DNA of 64,000 nt from Candidatus Poribacteria bacterium (GCA_964291315.2 OZ219753.1:960001-1024000); one strand, 5' to 3'; shown: positions 9,021 through 19,023, counted from the stretch's first letter. Translations and numbers: made by a program. The notes: generated by a model from the letters alone, not told the origin.

Positions 9021-9387
9021 GAAACGTTTTTACTCACTCAATAGGCGAGGTCTCTGGCCTCACCGGTTTTCCGTAACAAAACAACCACATTCATCTACCT
9101 GCTAGCCAACACCATGATGTAAGGCCCCTAAGCACTTCCTGATGATTGATATGAGGACACCTATGAATCGATTACGGAATGCCGCTATAAGACAATTAAC
9201 TTGGCATATTACCTAATATCTGATAAATTAGGGTGCGCAGTTAAGAACGTCTGTTCTGACAATTCATGCCTACGCGGATCTATCTAGGCGGAATATCGGT
9301 TACAGATGCCCCTCTTAACTCATCACGGATAGCTAGCTAACAACGGCTAACTTTATCATTTAGTATATCACATCTAGGAGACACTTT

Positions 9388-10023
9388 GTGAATAATCTGT
9401 TATTTCAATCCGGAGACAAGGTTCTTTTCATCGGAGATAGCATCACAGATTGCGGGCGGCGCGATGCGCACGCGCCCTTAGGGCACGGATATGTCCGCAA
9501 AATAAGCGAGCTCATCACTGCAAAATATCCACAACGGGACATCACTTATGTCAACAAAGGCATTAGCGGCGATATTGTTGAAGGCTTAGAAAAGCGCTGG
9601 GATCCTGATGTTATTGCCGAAAAACCGGATTGGCTCTCCGTTAAGATCGGTATTAACAATGCCGGTCGGCAGCATGCGGAGGGTGTTTCTACGGAAGAAT
9701 ATTTACCTATTTGGGAGGCATGCTACCGCAGAATCCTCACACACACAAAAACCGAACTGGATATCCCTCTTTTTCTGTTTGAAATTTTCTACATTGAGGA
9801 AGACGTTGATATGCCGCGCCCGTTGGCTGTAGATGCGTATAACGAGAGCATTCACAGACTCGCCAAACAGTTTGACGCACGCTTGGTCCGCACAAATGCT
9901 GCGTTTGATCGCGCTGTTGCTGCCCGCCCCGGTGCGCTGTGGACAACGCAAGACGGTGTTCATCCGAACGCTGAGGGACATACCTTAATGACATTAGAAT
10001 TCCTTAAGCGGGCGGAGTGGTAA
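9388..10023 (+). CDS. SGNH/GDSL hydrolase
   Basis: FIGDSITD, NKGISG, IGINN, DGVHPN blocks; AGGAG RBS. Confidence 0.92.
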   Translation: MNNLLFQSGDKVLFIGDSITDCGRRDAHAPLGHGYVRKISELITAKYPQRDITYVNKGISGDIVEGLEKRWDPDVIAEKPDWLSVKIGINNAGRQHAEGVSTEEYLPIWEACYRRILTHTKTELDIPLFLFEIFYIEEDVDMPRPLAVDAYNESIHRLAKQFDARLVRTNAAFDRAVAARPGALWTTQDGVHPNAEGHTLMTLEFLKRAEW

Positions 10024-10158
10024 CTGTTTAGCAAAAACTTCTCTGTTTAGGACAGATGGCTAGGGCGCTTTTGTACCATAACTGTTGGGTTGTGCCAGGG
10101 AAGCTCTTTATTCAAAGATGAGCTGCATATTTATCAAGCTTGCGTTAGAATAAAAAAC

Positions 10159-10188
10159 TTGACAGATTAAATAAGTTTGTGGTATCAT
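10159..10188 (+). promoter_or_regulatory. Sigma70-type promoter
   Basis: TTGACA-N18-TATCAT with TGn extended -10. Confidence 0.6.
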
Positions 10189-10350
10189 TAACTCGTTGAC
10201 TTGAAAAGCAGGTAAGACGTTAATGATCTGCTTAAAGATGACAAATAATAATGGGCAACCGGCTATGACCGGAAGTTCAGTTTAGTCAATTCCGTCCTCT
10301 CCTTTTGAAAAGGAAGGTGGGAGGGAAACGCAACATAGGAGAATTTTTCA

Positions 10351-10989
10351 ATGAAAACGTATGTGACGATCCCGAAACTTATCATTGCAGTGCTTGCTAT
10401 TGCCGCCTGCGGTTTCACTTTTCACGCTTGGAGTAAGGCGCAGACTAGTTCGAATAGCCCCTCGGCTATATCGGAGCTAGAAGCAGAACTGCAATTCATC
10501 ACCGAGCTTGAGGCGAAACCCACGGAACCCGGCGGCGTGGCGAAACCTCATTCGAAAGTAGTTTTGCAATTTATCACTGAACCTAATGAGAAACCGACGG
10601 AGCCGGGCGAACTAGAACCCGCTCTTGTGCATGCAAGGCAACAGGCCTCCGAGGACAGTCTGCTTCTGCCGTCGGAAAAGCAGCTGACAGCTCCTAAACA
10701 ATCGGTACTGCTTGCGAACTATCCGAACCCGTTCAACCCGGAGACCTGGATTCCCTACGATCTTGCAGATGCGGCTGATGTGAAAGTCTCTATCTATTCA
10801 GTCGATGGCAGTCTGGTCCGGATGCTCTCCTTAGGGCATCAGGCTCCCGGTGTCTACCAGAGCAAGTCGCGTGCAGCGTATTGGGACGGTCGCAATGAAG
10901 CTGGGGAAACTGTTGCAAGCGGTCTCTATTTCTATACGATTGAAGCAGGTTCCTTCACTGCAACCCGTAAAATGTTGATAATGAAGTAG
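10351..10989 (+). CDS. Small secreted protein with a FlgD-Ig/Por-CTD-like C-terminal domain
   Basis: Signal peptide; two LQFITExxxKPTEPG repeats; LLANYPNPFNPETWIPY...WDGRNEAGETVASGLYFY...TRKMLIMK. Confidence 0.88.
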   Translation: MKTYVTIPKLIIAVLAIAACGFTFHAWSKAQTSSNSPSAISELEAELQFITELEAKPTEPGGVAKPHSKVVLQFITEPNEKPTEPGELEPALVHARQQASEDSLLLPSEKQLTAPKQSVLLANYPNPFNPETWIPYDLADAADVKVSIYSVDGSLVRMLSLGHQAPGVYQSKSRAAYWDGRNEAGETVASGLYFYTIEAGSFTATRKMLIMK

Positions 10990-11099
10990 TTATCAGCATA
11001 ATGGTGCGAGCTTGAAAATAGGTACAGCGTGATCGGGATACATCTTTATCCAAATATTTGTCAAGCTCGCGCCACCAATAACAGAGGAGAACAAACGAA

Positions 11100-12938
11100 A
11101 TGTTACGGAGTGAAATGAAACTTTTGGTAGTGTTAGGGCTTGTGTGTCTCTTTGCAACCCCCCAGGCTTCCGCGCTTAACATTGTGACGGGAGGTTCCCA
11201 AACGCACCTGCTTAAAGCCAAAACGTTCCTTATCTGGGCGAAAGCTACTGCGGATCCAGCGGTCTCTGCTAATAACGGCATCACGAACGCAGCAACAGGG
11301 AAGGTGTACGGCAGTTGGTCCTCCACAGCTGATCCAAAGTACACCTGGCTTTTCGGTGACCTACGGGATAGACTCGAAGGCGGTCATGGGCTTCTCCTTA
11401 CAGTAAAAGCGCCGTCACAGGCTCAGTTTGATGACAAGTCCAATGAGTATAGCTTGAAACCTAATCCGACAGCGGAGGAGGCGATGAAGCTCAAGCACCA
11501 ACTCGTTATCACCGAAATAATGTGGGGACAGGATACCCCTTCAAGAGCCTTTACCGCAGATAATCCGCAGTGGCTAGAAATCTACAGCCAAGGCGCTATG
11601 AAAAAGAACGATGGCATCGGCCTGCACAATACTAGAAAACTTCCTGACCGTCTAGCGTATCGCCCAGGTGAGCTGTTTGAGCGTGAGGAAGGTGGTATCC
11701 TGAACAAGTATGTCGTTCTGGATCGTGTACACACGGTCGATCGTTTTGGGCAGACTTGGCAGCTGAAAGGCAGCAACGGGAATACCAAAGGCACACCTCC
11801 AACCCCAATGGTCTCTATGTATCGGAAGATCGATCTGGATAGCACAGGGAAGGCGTATGCGTATGAAAATGGAAAGCTGAAGGGACTCGGATACGGGAGT
11901 GAACCCGGTTCCTGGGAGGCTTCTGCGGGCTCGATTAACCTCGAGGGTCAGTACATCGGTTCCCCCGGCAGCGTTCATGTGCCTGTTGTCGCTTCGAATA
12001 AGGTCAAGACTAAAATTGCTAAATTGGAAGAATGGAAAGAGACCATCGTCACAAATAACACCAAAGACGATGTGACCGTGGTCTCCTCGACATGGCACGC
12101 CGCTGAAAACACTGGAAGCGGAGTCCCAGCCGGGTATAAAGTGCGGGGCCACTACTTAATCGAACCCGGGAAATCCCGCGCATTCTATTCTTGGTCAACT
12201 AACAGCATCTATCTCCGTGTCGCAGACGATACAGGTGCGATCAAACCGACGAGTGGCATGACGACGATCCCTTTCTGGATCCATCCAACCTTGAAATTCC
12301 GGGTCGTCTCACAACGTTTTGCGGGTTCTGTCACGGTAGATAACCTCGATGAGGCCGAGCCTTCGAGCGATCAATTGGTGCAGTCGGACGGGTTTATAAG
12401 GTACTTAGGCGGCACTGATGTGACGATCACCCGGGATTGGGTCTATCTGAGTGGAACGGGTATCACTCCCCCGCCTGTCAGCGATGAAGCGCCTCCTTAC
12501 GTTGTCCCGGATTGGACACAGAGCATCGTAAAGAATATGACGACAGAGAAGTTGTATGTGACCTACTCCACACAGAAAGCTGTGGATGAGGCCGAGGGGT
12601 GGCCCGCAGGATACCGGACGCGCGGTTCCTATCGTATCTATCCGGGGCAGTCGATGACGTTTCATTCGTTTGGGAATAACCATATCTATTTCCGTATTAC
12701 AAACAAGGAGAATGCGTTAAAACCGGAGAGCAACACGGAGACGGTGCAATACTGGAGTCACGAGACGTTTTGGCGTAGGTTTCGGTTAGTCTCGACTGCA
12801 TTTGGTCCGATAAAGAGAAGTGATCTGCTCTACTCGTCGTGCCTGAGGAGCAAGTTAGTTCTATCTGATGGTTATATTCAGTATCCAAGCGGTTCTACAG
12901 TGACCGTCACTCCTCAGTGGGTGCCGGTAGCGGATTAG
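11100..12938 (+). CDS. Secreted protein with a lamin-tail-like domain and two C-terminal ~150-aa repeats (DUF1036-like)
   Basis: Signal peptide; LVITEIMW...QWLEIY; repeats NNTKDDVTV...GYKVRGHYLIEPGKS and NMTTEKLYV...GYRTRGSYRIYPGQS. Confidence 0.75.
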   Translation: MLRSEMKLLVVLGLVCLFATPQASALNIVTGGSQTHLLKAKTFLIWAKATADPAVSANNGITNAATGKVYGSWSSTADPKYTWLFGDLRDRLEGGHGLLLTVKAPSQAQFDDKSNEYSLKPNPTAEEAMKLKHQLVITEIMWGQDTPSRAFTADNPQWLEIYSQGAMKKNDGIGLHNTRKLPDRLAYRPGELFEREEGGILNKYVVLDRVHTVDRFGQTWQLKGSNGNTKGTPPTPMVSMYRKIDLDSTGKAYAYENGKLKGLGYGSEPGSWEASAGSINLEGQYIGSPGSVHVPVVASNKVKTKIAKLEEWKETIVTNNTKDDVTVVSSTWHAAENTGSGVPAGYKVRGHYLIEPGKSRAFYSWSTNSIYLRVADDTGAIKPTSGMTTIPFWIHPTLKFRVVSQRFAGSVTVDNLDEAEPSSDQLVQSDGFIRYLGGTDVTITRDWVYLSGTGITPPPVSDEAPPYVVPDWTQSIVKNMTTEKLYVTYSTQKAVDEAEGWPAGYRTRGSYRIYPGQSMTFHSFGNNHIYFRITNKENALKPESNTETVQYWSHETFWRRFRLVSTAFGPIKRSDLLYSSCLRSKLVLSDGYIQYPSGSTVTVTPQWVPVAD

Positions 12939-13020
12939 GTATTCCGTGGCGAGCGGTTTTGAGAATCCCTCGCCATTTATCCGCTGGGATAAATCGCTGA
13001 AAGGCGCTGAAAATACAAAC

Positions 13021-13070
13021 AAGGGCGTGATAGTCGCTAGGATTCCCCTAACGGATTATCACGCCCTTTT
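13021..13070. terminator. Bidirectional intrinsic terminator
   Basis: aagggcgtgatagtc...gattatcacgccctttt between convergent genes. Confidence 0.75.
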
Positions 13071-13089
13071 CTATGCAAAAAAAAGACAC

Positions 13090-13584
13090 TCACTCGGTAT
13101 CGATCCGTTTCTGTACCTGCTGTTTGCTAGCGGTCCAAACGTTGTTGCCAATATCAAGCAGTTGCGGGGCGAAACGAGAGTTCTCAATCTCGCTCTTGAA
13201 GCGATCTCCAGCATAGGTGTTAAGCAGAATAAGCACAAAAGCGATTAAAAGCCCGCCTGAGGCAATGCCGAAGCAGAGCCCTAGCAGCCGATTCAACCAC
13301 CCTAAAACCCCCTTCTCAATAACTCGCTGGACGCGTTCGAAGAGGGTATCTACGATAAGAGTGACAACGATAATGAGGGCTACAATGCTTGTCCATTTCG
13401 AAAAAGCCGGGTTTTCTATGAGCTTTTGGATTAAGGGGGCTACGGTAGGCCAAAAATGAAAGGCCGCAGCGAAGCCTGTGATCAGCGCGAATATCCCCCA
13501 TGCGCTCCGAGTAAAACCTGCTCGGTAACAACTCAGGCCGGCTAAGGCAACAAGGATGAGGATACCGATATCTAATTTGGTCAT
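13090..13584 (-). CDS. cvpA: CvpA family (colicin V production) membrane protein
   Basis: LDIGIL...GF N-terminus, four TM segments, LNRLLGLCFG motif. Confidence 0.85.
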   Translation of the reverse strand: MTKLDIGILILVALAGLSCYRAGFTRSAWGIFALITGFAAAFHFWPTVAPLIQKLIENPAFSKWTSIVALIIVVTLIVDTLFERVQRVIEKGVLGWLNRLLGLCFGIASGGLLIAFVLILLNTYAGDRFKSEIENSRFAPQLLDIGNNVWTASKQQVQKRIDTE

Positions 13585-13613
13585 TGTTTATGAGTGGTTT
13601 GACATCTATGTGC

Positions 13614-14681
13614 TTAGGATACCCCTGCTAGCGGTACTTCCGTCAAACCCTGCTCAAATACCTTCTCAAATGCAGCTGCTGTGTCGTTACCGATCCGGAG
13701 CTCGTGGAGGAATTCACGGATTTTCGGGAACCCGAATTCATGGATGAGGAACGTTGCTATCGATGCCGATTGGATATAAGCCAATTTGCGGGTGTGTATG
13801 GGCAGTTCGCTAAATGGGTGGCTCAACGTTGCAAACGAAAGTAGCCGATTTTTGTCAATAGCGTTCTTTAACACAAACCGCTCGGATTGGAACATCGGAC
13901 GAGCTATGTTTTGTGCAAGTCCTTCGTTAAGCCACACGGGGCAAGATCCGTCTGTTAGATGATCAACCAACAAATGCACCCATTCGTGTCGTAACAGCGC
14001 GTATAGGACGCTCAGGACGGGATCCCCTGCGGCGCAGTATTCCAAGTGAATGCTGCCGTTGTAAAACCCACTTGCCCACTTTGGAAGCGAGCGTTGAACT
14101 TGGTTAGCGCCGCTCGAATTAGTAATCGAAACGGAAGGGGGGAGGAGCGGGTAGCATCCAAACATCTTGCCCAAGTCAGCGCGCGTTTTATGAACCAGTT
14201 GGTAGATGTCCCACATTGCTTGTGGACTCATGGCAGAGGGGCAGATGAGCTTGAAGGAATTAGAAACTACGACCTGTTTAGTAGGTTGCGTGGGATCTTG
14301 TTCCAACCGTTTAAGGAATGCTTGAGGCGGCGGTTCCCGAAGATCGTTTGAACAAATTAGCGCGTCATAGCATGCTTTTTCGTCAAGCACCCGCGCTTTT
14401 CGCCTCAAGGCGGTTGGTGAATCTGGGCATAACCGCAAGGCGATGTCAAGACATGCCAAGGCGTTATCCCACTTTCCAATCATCTCGTAGGCTTTCGCGA
14501 TATCTGCATAAATGTAGTGGTGCTGTACCGAACCCAATTTCAAGCCAGCAAGGTAGTGTTGGATTGCCTCAACATAGCATGCTTTCCTGTAACTGAGCGC
14601 TGCTTGTCGAAAATGCGATAGCGCCAGTGAACGGGTATAATTTAAGCGCACTGTTTCTACAAGGAAATGAAGCACATTCAA
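13614..14681 (-). CDS. TPR-containing peptidase MA-like zinc metalloprotease
   Basis: N-terminal TPR-like helices; LRHEWVH plus WLNEGLA gluzincin motif; AYIQS. Confidence 0.85.
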   Translation of the reverse strand: MNVLHFLVETVRLNYTRSLALSHFRQAALSYRKACYVEAIQHYLAGLKLGSVQHHYIYADIAKAYEMIGKWDNALACLDIALRLCPDSPTALRRKARVLDEKACYDALICSNDLREPPPQAFLKRLEQDPTQPTKQVVVSNSFKLICPSAMSPQAMWDIYQLVHKTRADLGKMFGCYPLLPPSVSITNSSGANQVQRSLPKWASGFYNGSIHLEYCAAGDPVLSVLYALLRHEWVHLLVDHLTDGSCPVWLNEGLAQNIARPMFQSERFVLKNAIDKNRLLSFATLSHPFSELPIHTRKLAYIQSASIATFLIHEFGFPKIREFLHELRIGNDTAAAFEKVFEQGLTEVPLAGVS

Positions 14682-14732
14682 GACAGCCTGCCAATGTACA
14701 GCACCCCCCTTCTCCTATGTGATTGCGAATGT

Positions 14733-15380
14733 CTATTTAATATCAACGATCTTAAAACTGACTTTTCCGCATTTTAGGGTAGTTCCGGATTGAACGCGAG
14801 CCTGCGTTTCAACAGGTTGATTATCAACATAAGTTGCATCGGAGCTCCCTAAATCTGTAAGGTATACTTCTTCGTCTTTGGCTTCAAATCGAACGTGTAG
14901 ACGAGAAAGCGTCTGGATGGTGTTATAGCGTTTTGATACTTCTCGGGGTGCAACTGATTGCTCAGTGTCCCAGGATTCTACGGCATCGGCAGTTGGTAGG
15001 GACCCGTCAACCTGCATAATTTCAGTTGTCTCGCTGCCCATTCCTTGTGGACTGTAGCCAAATTGCGGCATCAGTCCATCGGTAGCAACCGTTTCCGGTG
15101 TTTCGCCTCGAATTTCCGCCATGACCCGCGCGCGAGATCGTTCTTCTGCTCCAGGGCGCGGTAGGATGTTTTCTCGCTCTTCAAAGCGGTAATGGGCAAA
15201 GTCGACCAGCTGTTTCAAGGGTTGAAACTCTGGCAAATTATTACTGTTTTTCAAAAGGCGTTTCTGCTTACGTGATAACCTTTCATTTTTTAACCATCGC
15301 GTATATGCTTCTAATACCTCGGCTTTCTTCAGCTCATCTGCTGAGATATTAGGCCTTCGCAATCTTTTCCAAAAGCTCAT
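14733..15380 (-). CDS. Putative soluble anti-sigma factor with a C-terminal degenerate FHA domain
   Basis: Start at MSFWKRL (GGAGG RBS); LSRLH...LTDLGSSDATYVDNQ is the C-terminal half of an FHA domain; directly downstream of the ECF sigma gene. Confidence 0.65.
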   Translation of the reverse strand: MSFWKRLRRPNISADELKKAEVLEAYTRWLKNERLSRKQKRLLKNSNNLPEFQPLKQLVDFAHYRFEERENILPRPGAEERSRARVMAEIRGETPETVATDGLMPQFGYSPQGMGSETTEIMQVDGSLPTADAVESWDTEQSVAPREVSKRYNTIQTLSRLHVRFEAKDEEVYLTDLGSSDATYVDNQPVETQARVQSGTTLKCGKVSFKIVDIK

Positions 15381-15455
15381 AATGGTTAATCCTCCCATTA
15401 ATTTATGTTCACTAAATTTCTATAGATTTTTTCGAAGCTTGCAAGAAGCACATGT

Positions 15456-16070
15456 TTAATATATCCATTGGATACCTTTAGCGATCAGAATTTTGCGCAG
15501 CTCTTCCGTACACCGGAAGATCCATATCTTCACAGTGCCGTCTTTCCTATTGAGGATGCGAGCAATCTCTGCAATACTGTATCCCTCTAAGTGGCGCAAC
15601 ATCCACGCGATGCGGTGGTTCGGTTTTGTCACTTGCTCTAGGGCGGCCTCCAAGAGTCTTTGTGCTTCGGCGGCTTCAAATTCTTGTTCGGGTCCTGGAC
15701 ATGGATCTTCATATTCACTCAACGGTTGCTCGTCTTCACCGGGTAAACCACTGAGCGGTCGGTCTCGGATCCGATCCCGTTTCCGTATCGCGTCAATGAT
15801 TGTATTTCGTGCTACTGTATTTAGCCATGCTTGAAAACTGCCCTGCTCAGTGTCCCATTTGCCCAGCTTTTGCCAGACCTTGATAAACACATCTGAGGCG
15901 ACCTCTTCCGCATCTTGGTAGTTCCCAAGCATTCGGTGAGCTTTGTTATACACCCACTTATAGTGCTTGTCGAACAATTGCCTAAACGCAGCATCATTAC
16001 CGGCTTTCGCTTGCGTTGCGAGATAGGTATCTTCGACAGCAGATAAGTCCTTAGATATTTGGCGCGCCAT
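15456..16070 (-). CDS. ECF RNA polymerase sigma factor
   Basis: AFRQLF, DAEEVASDVFIKVW, FQAWLNTVARNTIID, EGYSIAEIA, GTVKIWIFR. Confidence 0.95.
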   Translation of the reverse strand: MARQISKDLSAVEDTYLATQAKAGNDAAFRQLFDKHYKWVYNKAHRMLGNYQDAEEVASDVFIKVWQKLGKWDTEQGSFQAWLNTVARNTIIDAIRKRDRIRDRPLSGLPGEDEQPLSEYEDPCPGPEQEFEAAEAQRLLEAALEQVTKPNHRIAWMLRHLEGYSIAEIARILNRKDGTVKIWIFRCTEELRKILIAKGIQWIY

Positions 16071-16125
16071 TACTATCTGCTCCTTTACCTATAAAAAATC
16101 CTTATAATAACATGCTAAATCATAT

Positions 16126-16152
16126 AACGTAGATGCACCCAACTGGGTTTCA
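16126..16152 (-). promoter_or_regulatory. Putative autoregulatory ECF promoter
   Basis: Minus strand TGAAAC-N17-CGTT about 55 nt upstream of the sigma gene, matching the common ECF AAC/CGT consensus. Confidence 0.6.
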
Positions 16153-16346
16153 AAATATCGAAAAAAACAGTGGAAATGGTGCGTTCTGGAGAATCAACAT
16201 CTAACGAACATCATATTAAAAGATTATCTTAATTTTACTGTATTTTTCCGCAATGTGTCAACAAAAAAGAGGCTTTGCTTGGGTTTTTAACATTCCTAAT
16301 AGTTTATAAGTGAAAAGATAAAACGTAATTTTGGTGTCCAAGGTGC

Positions 16347-17432
16347 TTAAAATCCTGAAAATTGTAAATTAGATACCACTTCCTCCAACACAACTGTGGC
16401 GTAGCTGCCTGCTGGTAGTATGAAACTCAGACAGATACCTGTATTATCGGCTGCGGAAACATCCTCAAGGGTCATGGGTATCCGTAAAGCTCTGCGCGTA
16501 CCGGGTAACCGGATCCCAACAACCTTACGAAATGCCTCACGGTAAATCCGTTCATCGCGGAGAGCAGCGGATTCTAATGCCAATACATCGCCCGCGGGTA
16601 GACGCATTTTGTATCCGAAAATTGGGCCCGATGGACTGATTTCAAAAGCGTCTGCCCGATGTTGTTCGTGCTTCGCGCTCTTAACGAGAAAAGGGGCTCC
16701 GTTGCTATGTTTTATTGCGAGATCGCCATCAGAAAGTTTCTCTAAGTCCGGGGATCGTTTCGCCAGAATACAATTAAACAGGTACGCCTGATATGCGGAT
16801 AAAAATAATTTTCGGAGACGATATGGAATACATAGGACTGCGTTGGCTGCAGATGTGCATGCTAATTCCCGTTGTATCCGCCGAGTAACAGCGTTCGGTA
16901 TTGCGCCATCTGTAAGGATATACTGCATCACCGTTTCCCAGTCCGCCCTCATTAAAGCTTTACCGATCAGATGTGAATTGTTTCTATTTCCGAATCGCTG
17001 AATGCCGAACCGATTGGGGACACCTTTGGTTACCAATTCTTCCATCACAGTCTTGATTGTTTGAAGTTGGGTTTGATCGAAGGCACGCACTGTTATTCGA
17101 AAGCGGTTGCCTGACAAGTGGCCCACTCTCAATTTATGTCTGTGCCGTTCTGCCCATAATACGTCGATAACTGGTTGTCCAATCTTCAAAACCTGTTCTG
17201 GGGGTATGCCTTCTACAGATAACACCTGTGTTGTGATTGCATTTTTATCTTTTAGCCCGGCGTAACCGAAATTTCGTGGAGGCACTTGTAGCTCTCTTGC
17301 AATTCGGTTGATCGCCTCTAATGTGGTCAGGTTAACTTTCCGGATAGCAAAAAAGGTATGTACTCCTTCACACGCGGGTTCATAAAGCGGGAGTTCTTCA
17401 ACAATAAAGTCTTCAGGGGCTATGTTCAACAT
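16347..17432 (-). CDS. truD: tRNA pseudouridine(13) synthase
   Basis: PEDFIVEE, YAGLKDKNAITTQ, GNRFRI, PNRFGIQRFG, LPAGSYATVVL. Confidence 0.95.
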   Translation of the reverse strand: MLNIAPEDFIVEELPLYEPACEGVHTFFAIRKVNLTTLEAINRIARELQVPPRNFGYAGLKDKNAITTQVLSVEGIPPEQVLKIGQPVIDVLWAERHRHKLRVGHLSGNRFRITVRAFDQTQLQTIKTVMEELVTKGVPNRFGIQRFGNRNNSHLIGKALMRADWETVMQYILTDGAIPNAVTRRIQRELACTSAANAVLCIPYRLRKLFLSAYQAYLFNCILAKRSPDLEKLSDGDLAIKHSNGAPFLVKSAKHEQHRADAFEISPSGPIFGYKMRLPAGDVLALESAALRDERIYREAFRKVVGIRLPGTRRALRIPMTLEDVSAADNTGICLSFILPAGSYATVVLEEVVSNLQFSGF

Positions 17433-17701
17433 TGTAGCTGCTGCTTTCAGCGATCTATTTGTTGGAAGGTTTTATTCCTCTATGGGAAATTATAGTATCT
17501 ATGAAAAACGTGGGAGTTTGTATCTTATTATAGGCGCTAAAAGTTATATTTGTCAATTCGTATTTCTTGTGAAATCCCTGCAATCCACATTCAGGTGCTT
17601 ACCAACACCTATCCTTCTGGCAGGAAGGCCCCTTACCAAGAACACCTACTAAACCACAACTGCCAACCCTTAAAGATTGAATATCTCATAGCAATATTTG
17701 T

Positions 17702-17730
17702 TTGCTATCTTCAATGAATTGTGATATACT
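17702..17730 (+). promoter_or_regulatory. Sigma70-type promoter of the ferredoxin fusion gene
   Basis: TTGCTA-N17-TATACT with TG extension; AAGGAGG RBS downstream. Confidence 0.55.
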
Positions 17731-17763
17731 TAATGTTGAAGCACCAGCAAAAAGGAGGGAAAA

Positions 17764-19023
17764 ATGGCTTACATAATTTGTGAACCGTGCATTGACGTAA
17801 TGGATACTGCCTGTGTTGATGTTTGTCCCGTTGACTGCATACATACCACGGAAGGCGAAAAGCAGCTTTATATTAACCCTGATGAGTGTATTGACTGTGC
17901 AGCATGTGTACCCGCATGCCCTGTCGATGCCATCTCCATGGAAAGTGATGTGCCTGCCGATTGGCAAGGATATATTGAGATAAACCGTAAATTTTTTGAG
18001 ACCTTCGTCAAACCCGAAACCACAGAAAGTGCGGACGACGAGGCGGGGACAAAGCGCAAGGTCAAGGAACAGGGCATCCCTGAAGAATTCGTGCAAGTGC
18101 CAGAAGTGCCAGATTCACGGTTGCGGCCCCCGTTTAATCTTTTGACAATGCTCATGCAGCCGCTCCTTGGTGCGTTCTCAGCGAAGTTTAAAATACAACT
18201 TGAGGAAATAGCTGGAAATTCAAGAGTCTTCAGTGCAGCTGTATCAACTGGCATCAACTGTTTAATTAACATAGCGCTTTATCCGATTCTCTTGTTCTTG
18301 ATCGCTGTCAGAGTGCAAGGGGCCAGCGTTTTCACCAGCCAAGGCAATCTGATGATCTTTTTGGGGATAGTGATTGGAATCGCAGAGGGTCTTTATCGAT
18401 TTAAAGATGAATTCAATTCCACCGTCGAGCAACAACGTTATGGTGCAGCGTTCTACGGTTGGCTTCCTTCGTTAGCTGCTCTGCCGCTGTTAAAGGCATT
18501 CCGTTCTGTGCTGGTCGTTACGCCTGAAACGGGGCGTACAACAGTCCCCGGATCGGTAGATACCGCTGGTGCTGTCTACTCCGATGATGTGCGAGAGCGT
18601 TACAGACGTTACGGTATGGTGAACCGCATCACAGAAACGGCGAATCACTACGAAGTTGAAATTGAGTTCCCCAGATGGGTTCCCAATTCTGTTGCGAAAG
18701 AAAAGTATGAACTGCCCGATCGAATGCCCGACTACACCTATGAAATTAATCTGCATTCACCCTATGTACCTGGCGAAACACCGCACCCTGAAAGTATTTT
18801 AACTGTTCAGACGCAGCTGGATGATCCAAGGTTCGCTTCTGTATTGGGACGTGCAAGTTCGTTTCCAAACGGTTTCACAAACATCTTACCGCTCTCAGGG
18901 CAACCCGAGGATTTTCAGGCGGTTTATCGGGACAAGGTACTGACAATTGTCGTCGCGAAAAATGGAAGCTGTGAGGCACTTGGGCTTGAGCCGACGGTCC
19001 ATTACGCGAAACTTAAGGGATAG
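17764..19023 (+). CDS. Dicluster ferredoxin fused to a membrane region and an Hsp20/alpha-crystallin-like C-terminal domain
   Basis: N-terminal CEPC...ACVDVCPVDC and ECIDCAACVPACP (FdxA type); hydrophobic segments near aa 155-250; C-terminal ETANHYEVEIEFP...AVYRDKVLTIVVAK. Confidence 0.75.
   Translation: MAYIICEPCIDVMDTACVDVCPVDCIHTTEGEKQLYINPDECIDCAACVPACPVDAISMESDVPADWQGYIEINRKFFETFVKPETTESADDEAGTKRKVKEQGIPEEFVQVPEVPDSRLRPPFNLLTMLMQPLLGAFSAKFKIQLEEIAGNSRVFSAAVSTGINCLINIALYPILLFLIAVRVQGASVFTSQGNLMIFLGIVIGIAEGLYRFKDEFNSTVEQQRYGAAFYGWLPSLAALPLLKAFRSVLVVTPETGRTTVPGSVDTAGAVYSDDVRERYRRYGMVNRITETANHYEVEIEFPRWVPNSVAKEKYELPDRMPDYTYEINLHSPYVPGETPHPESILTVQTQLDDPRFASVLGRASSFPNGFTNILPLSGQPEDFQAVYRDKVLTIVVAKNGSCEALGLEPTVHYAKLKG

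Noticed and set aside
9021-9387. Expected TPP riboswitch upstream of thiE
   Set aside because: No CTGAGA/ACCTGA core on the minus strand
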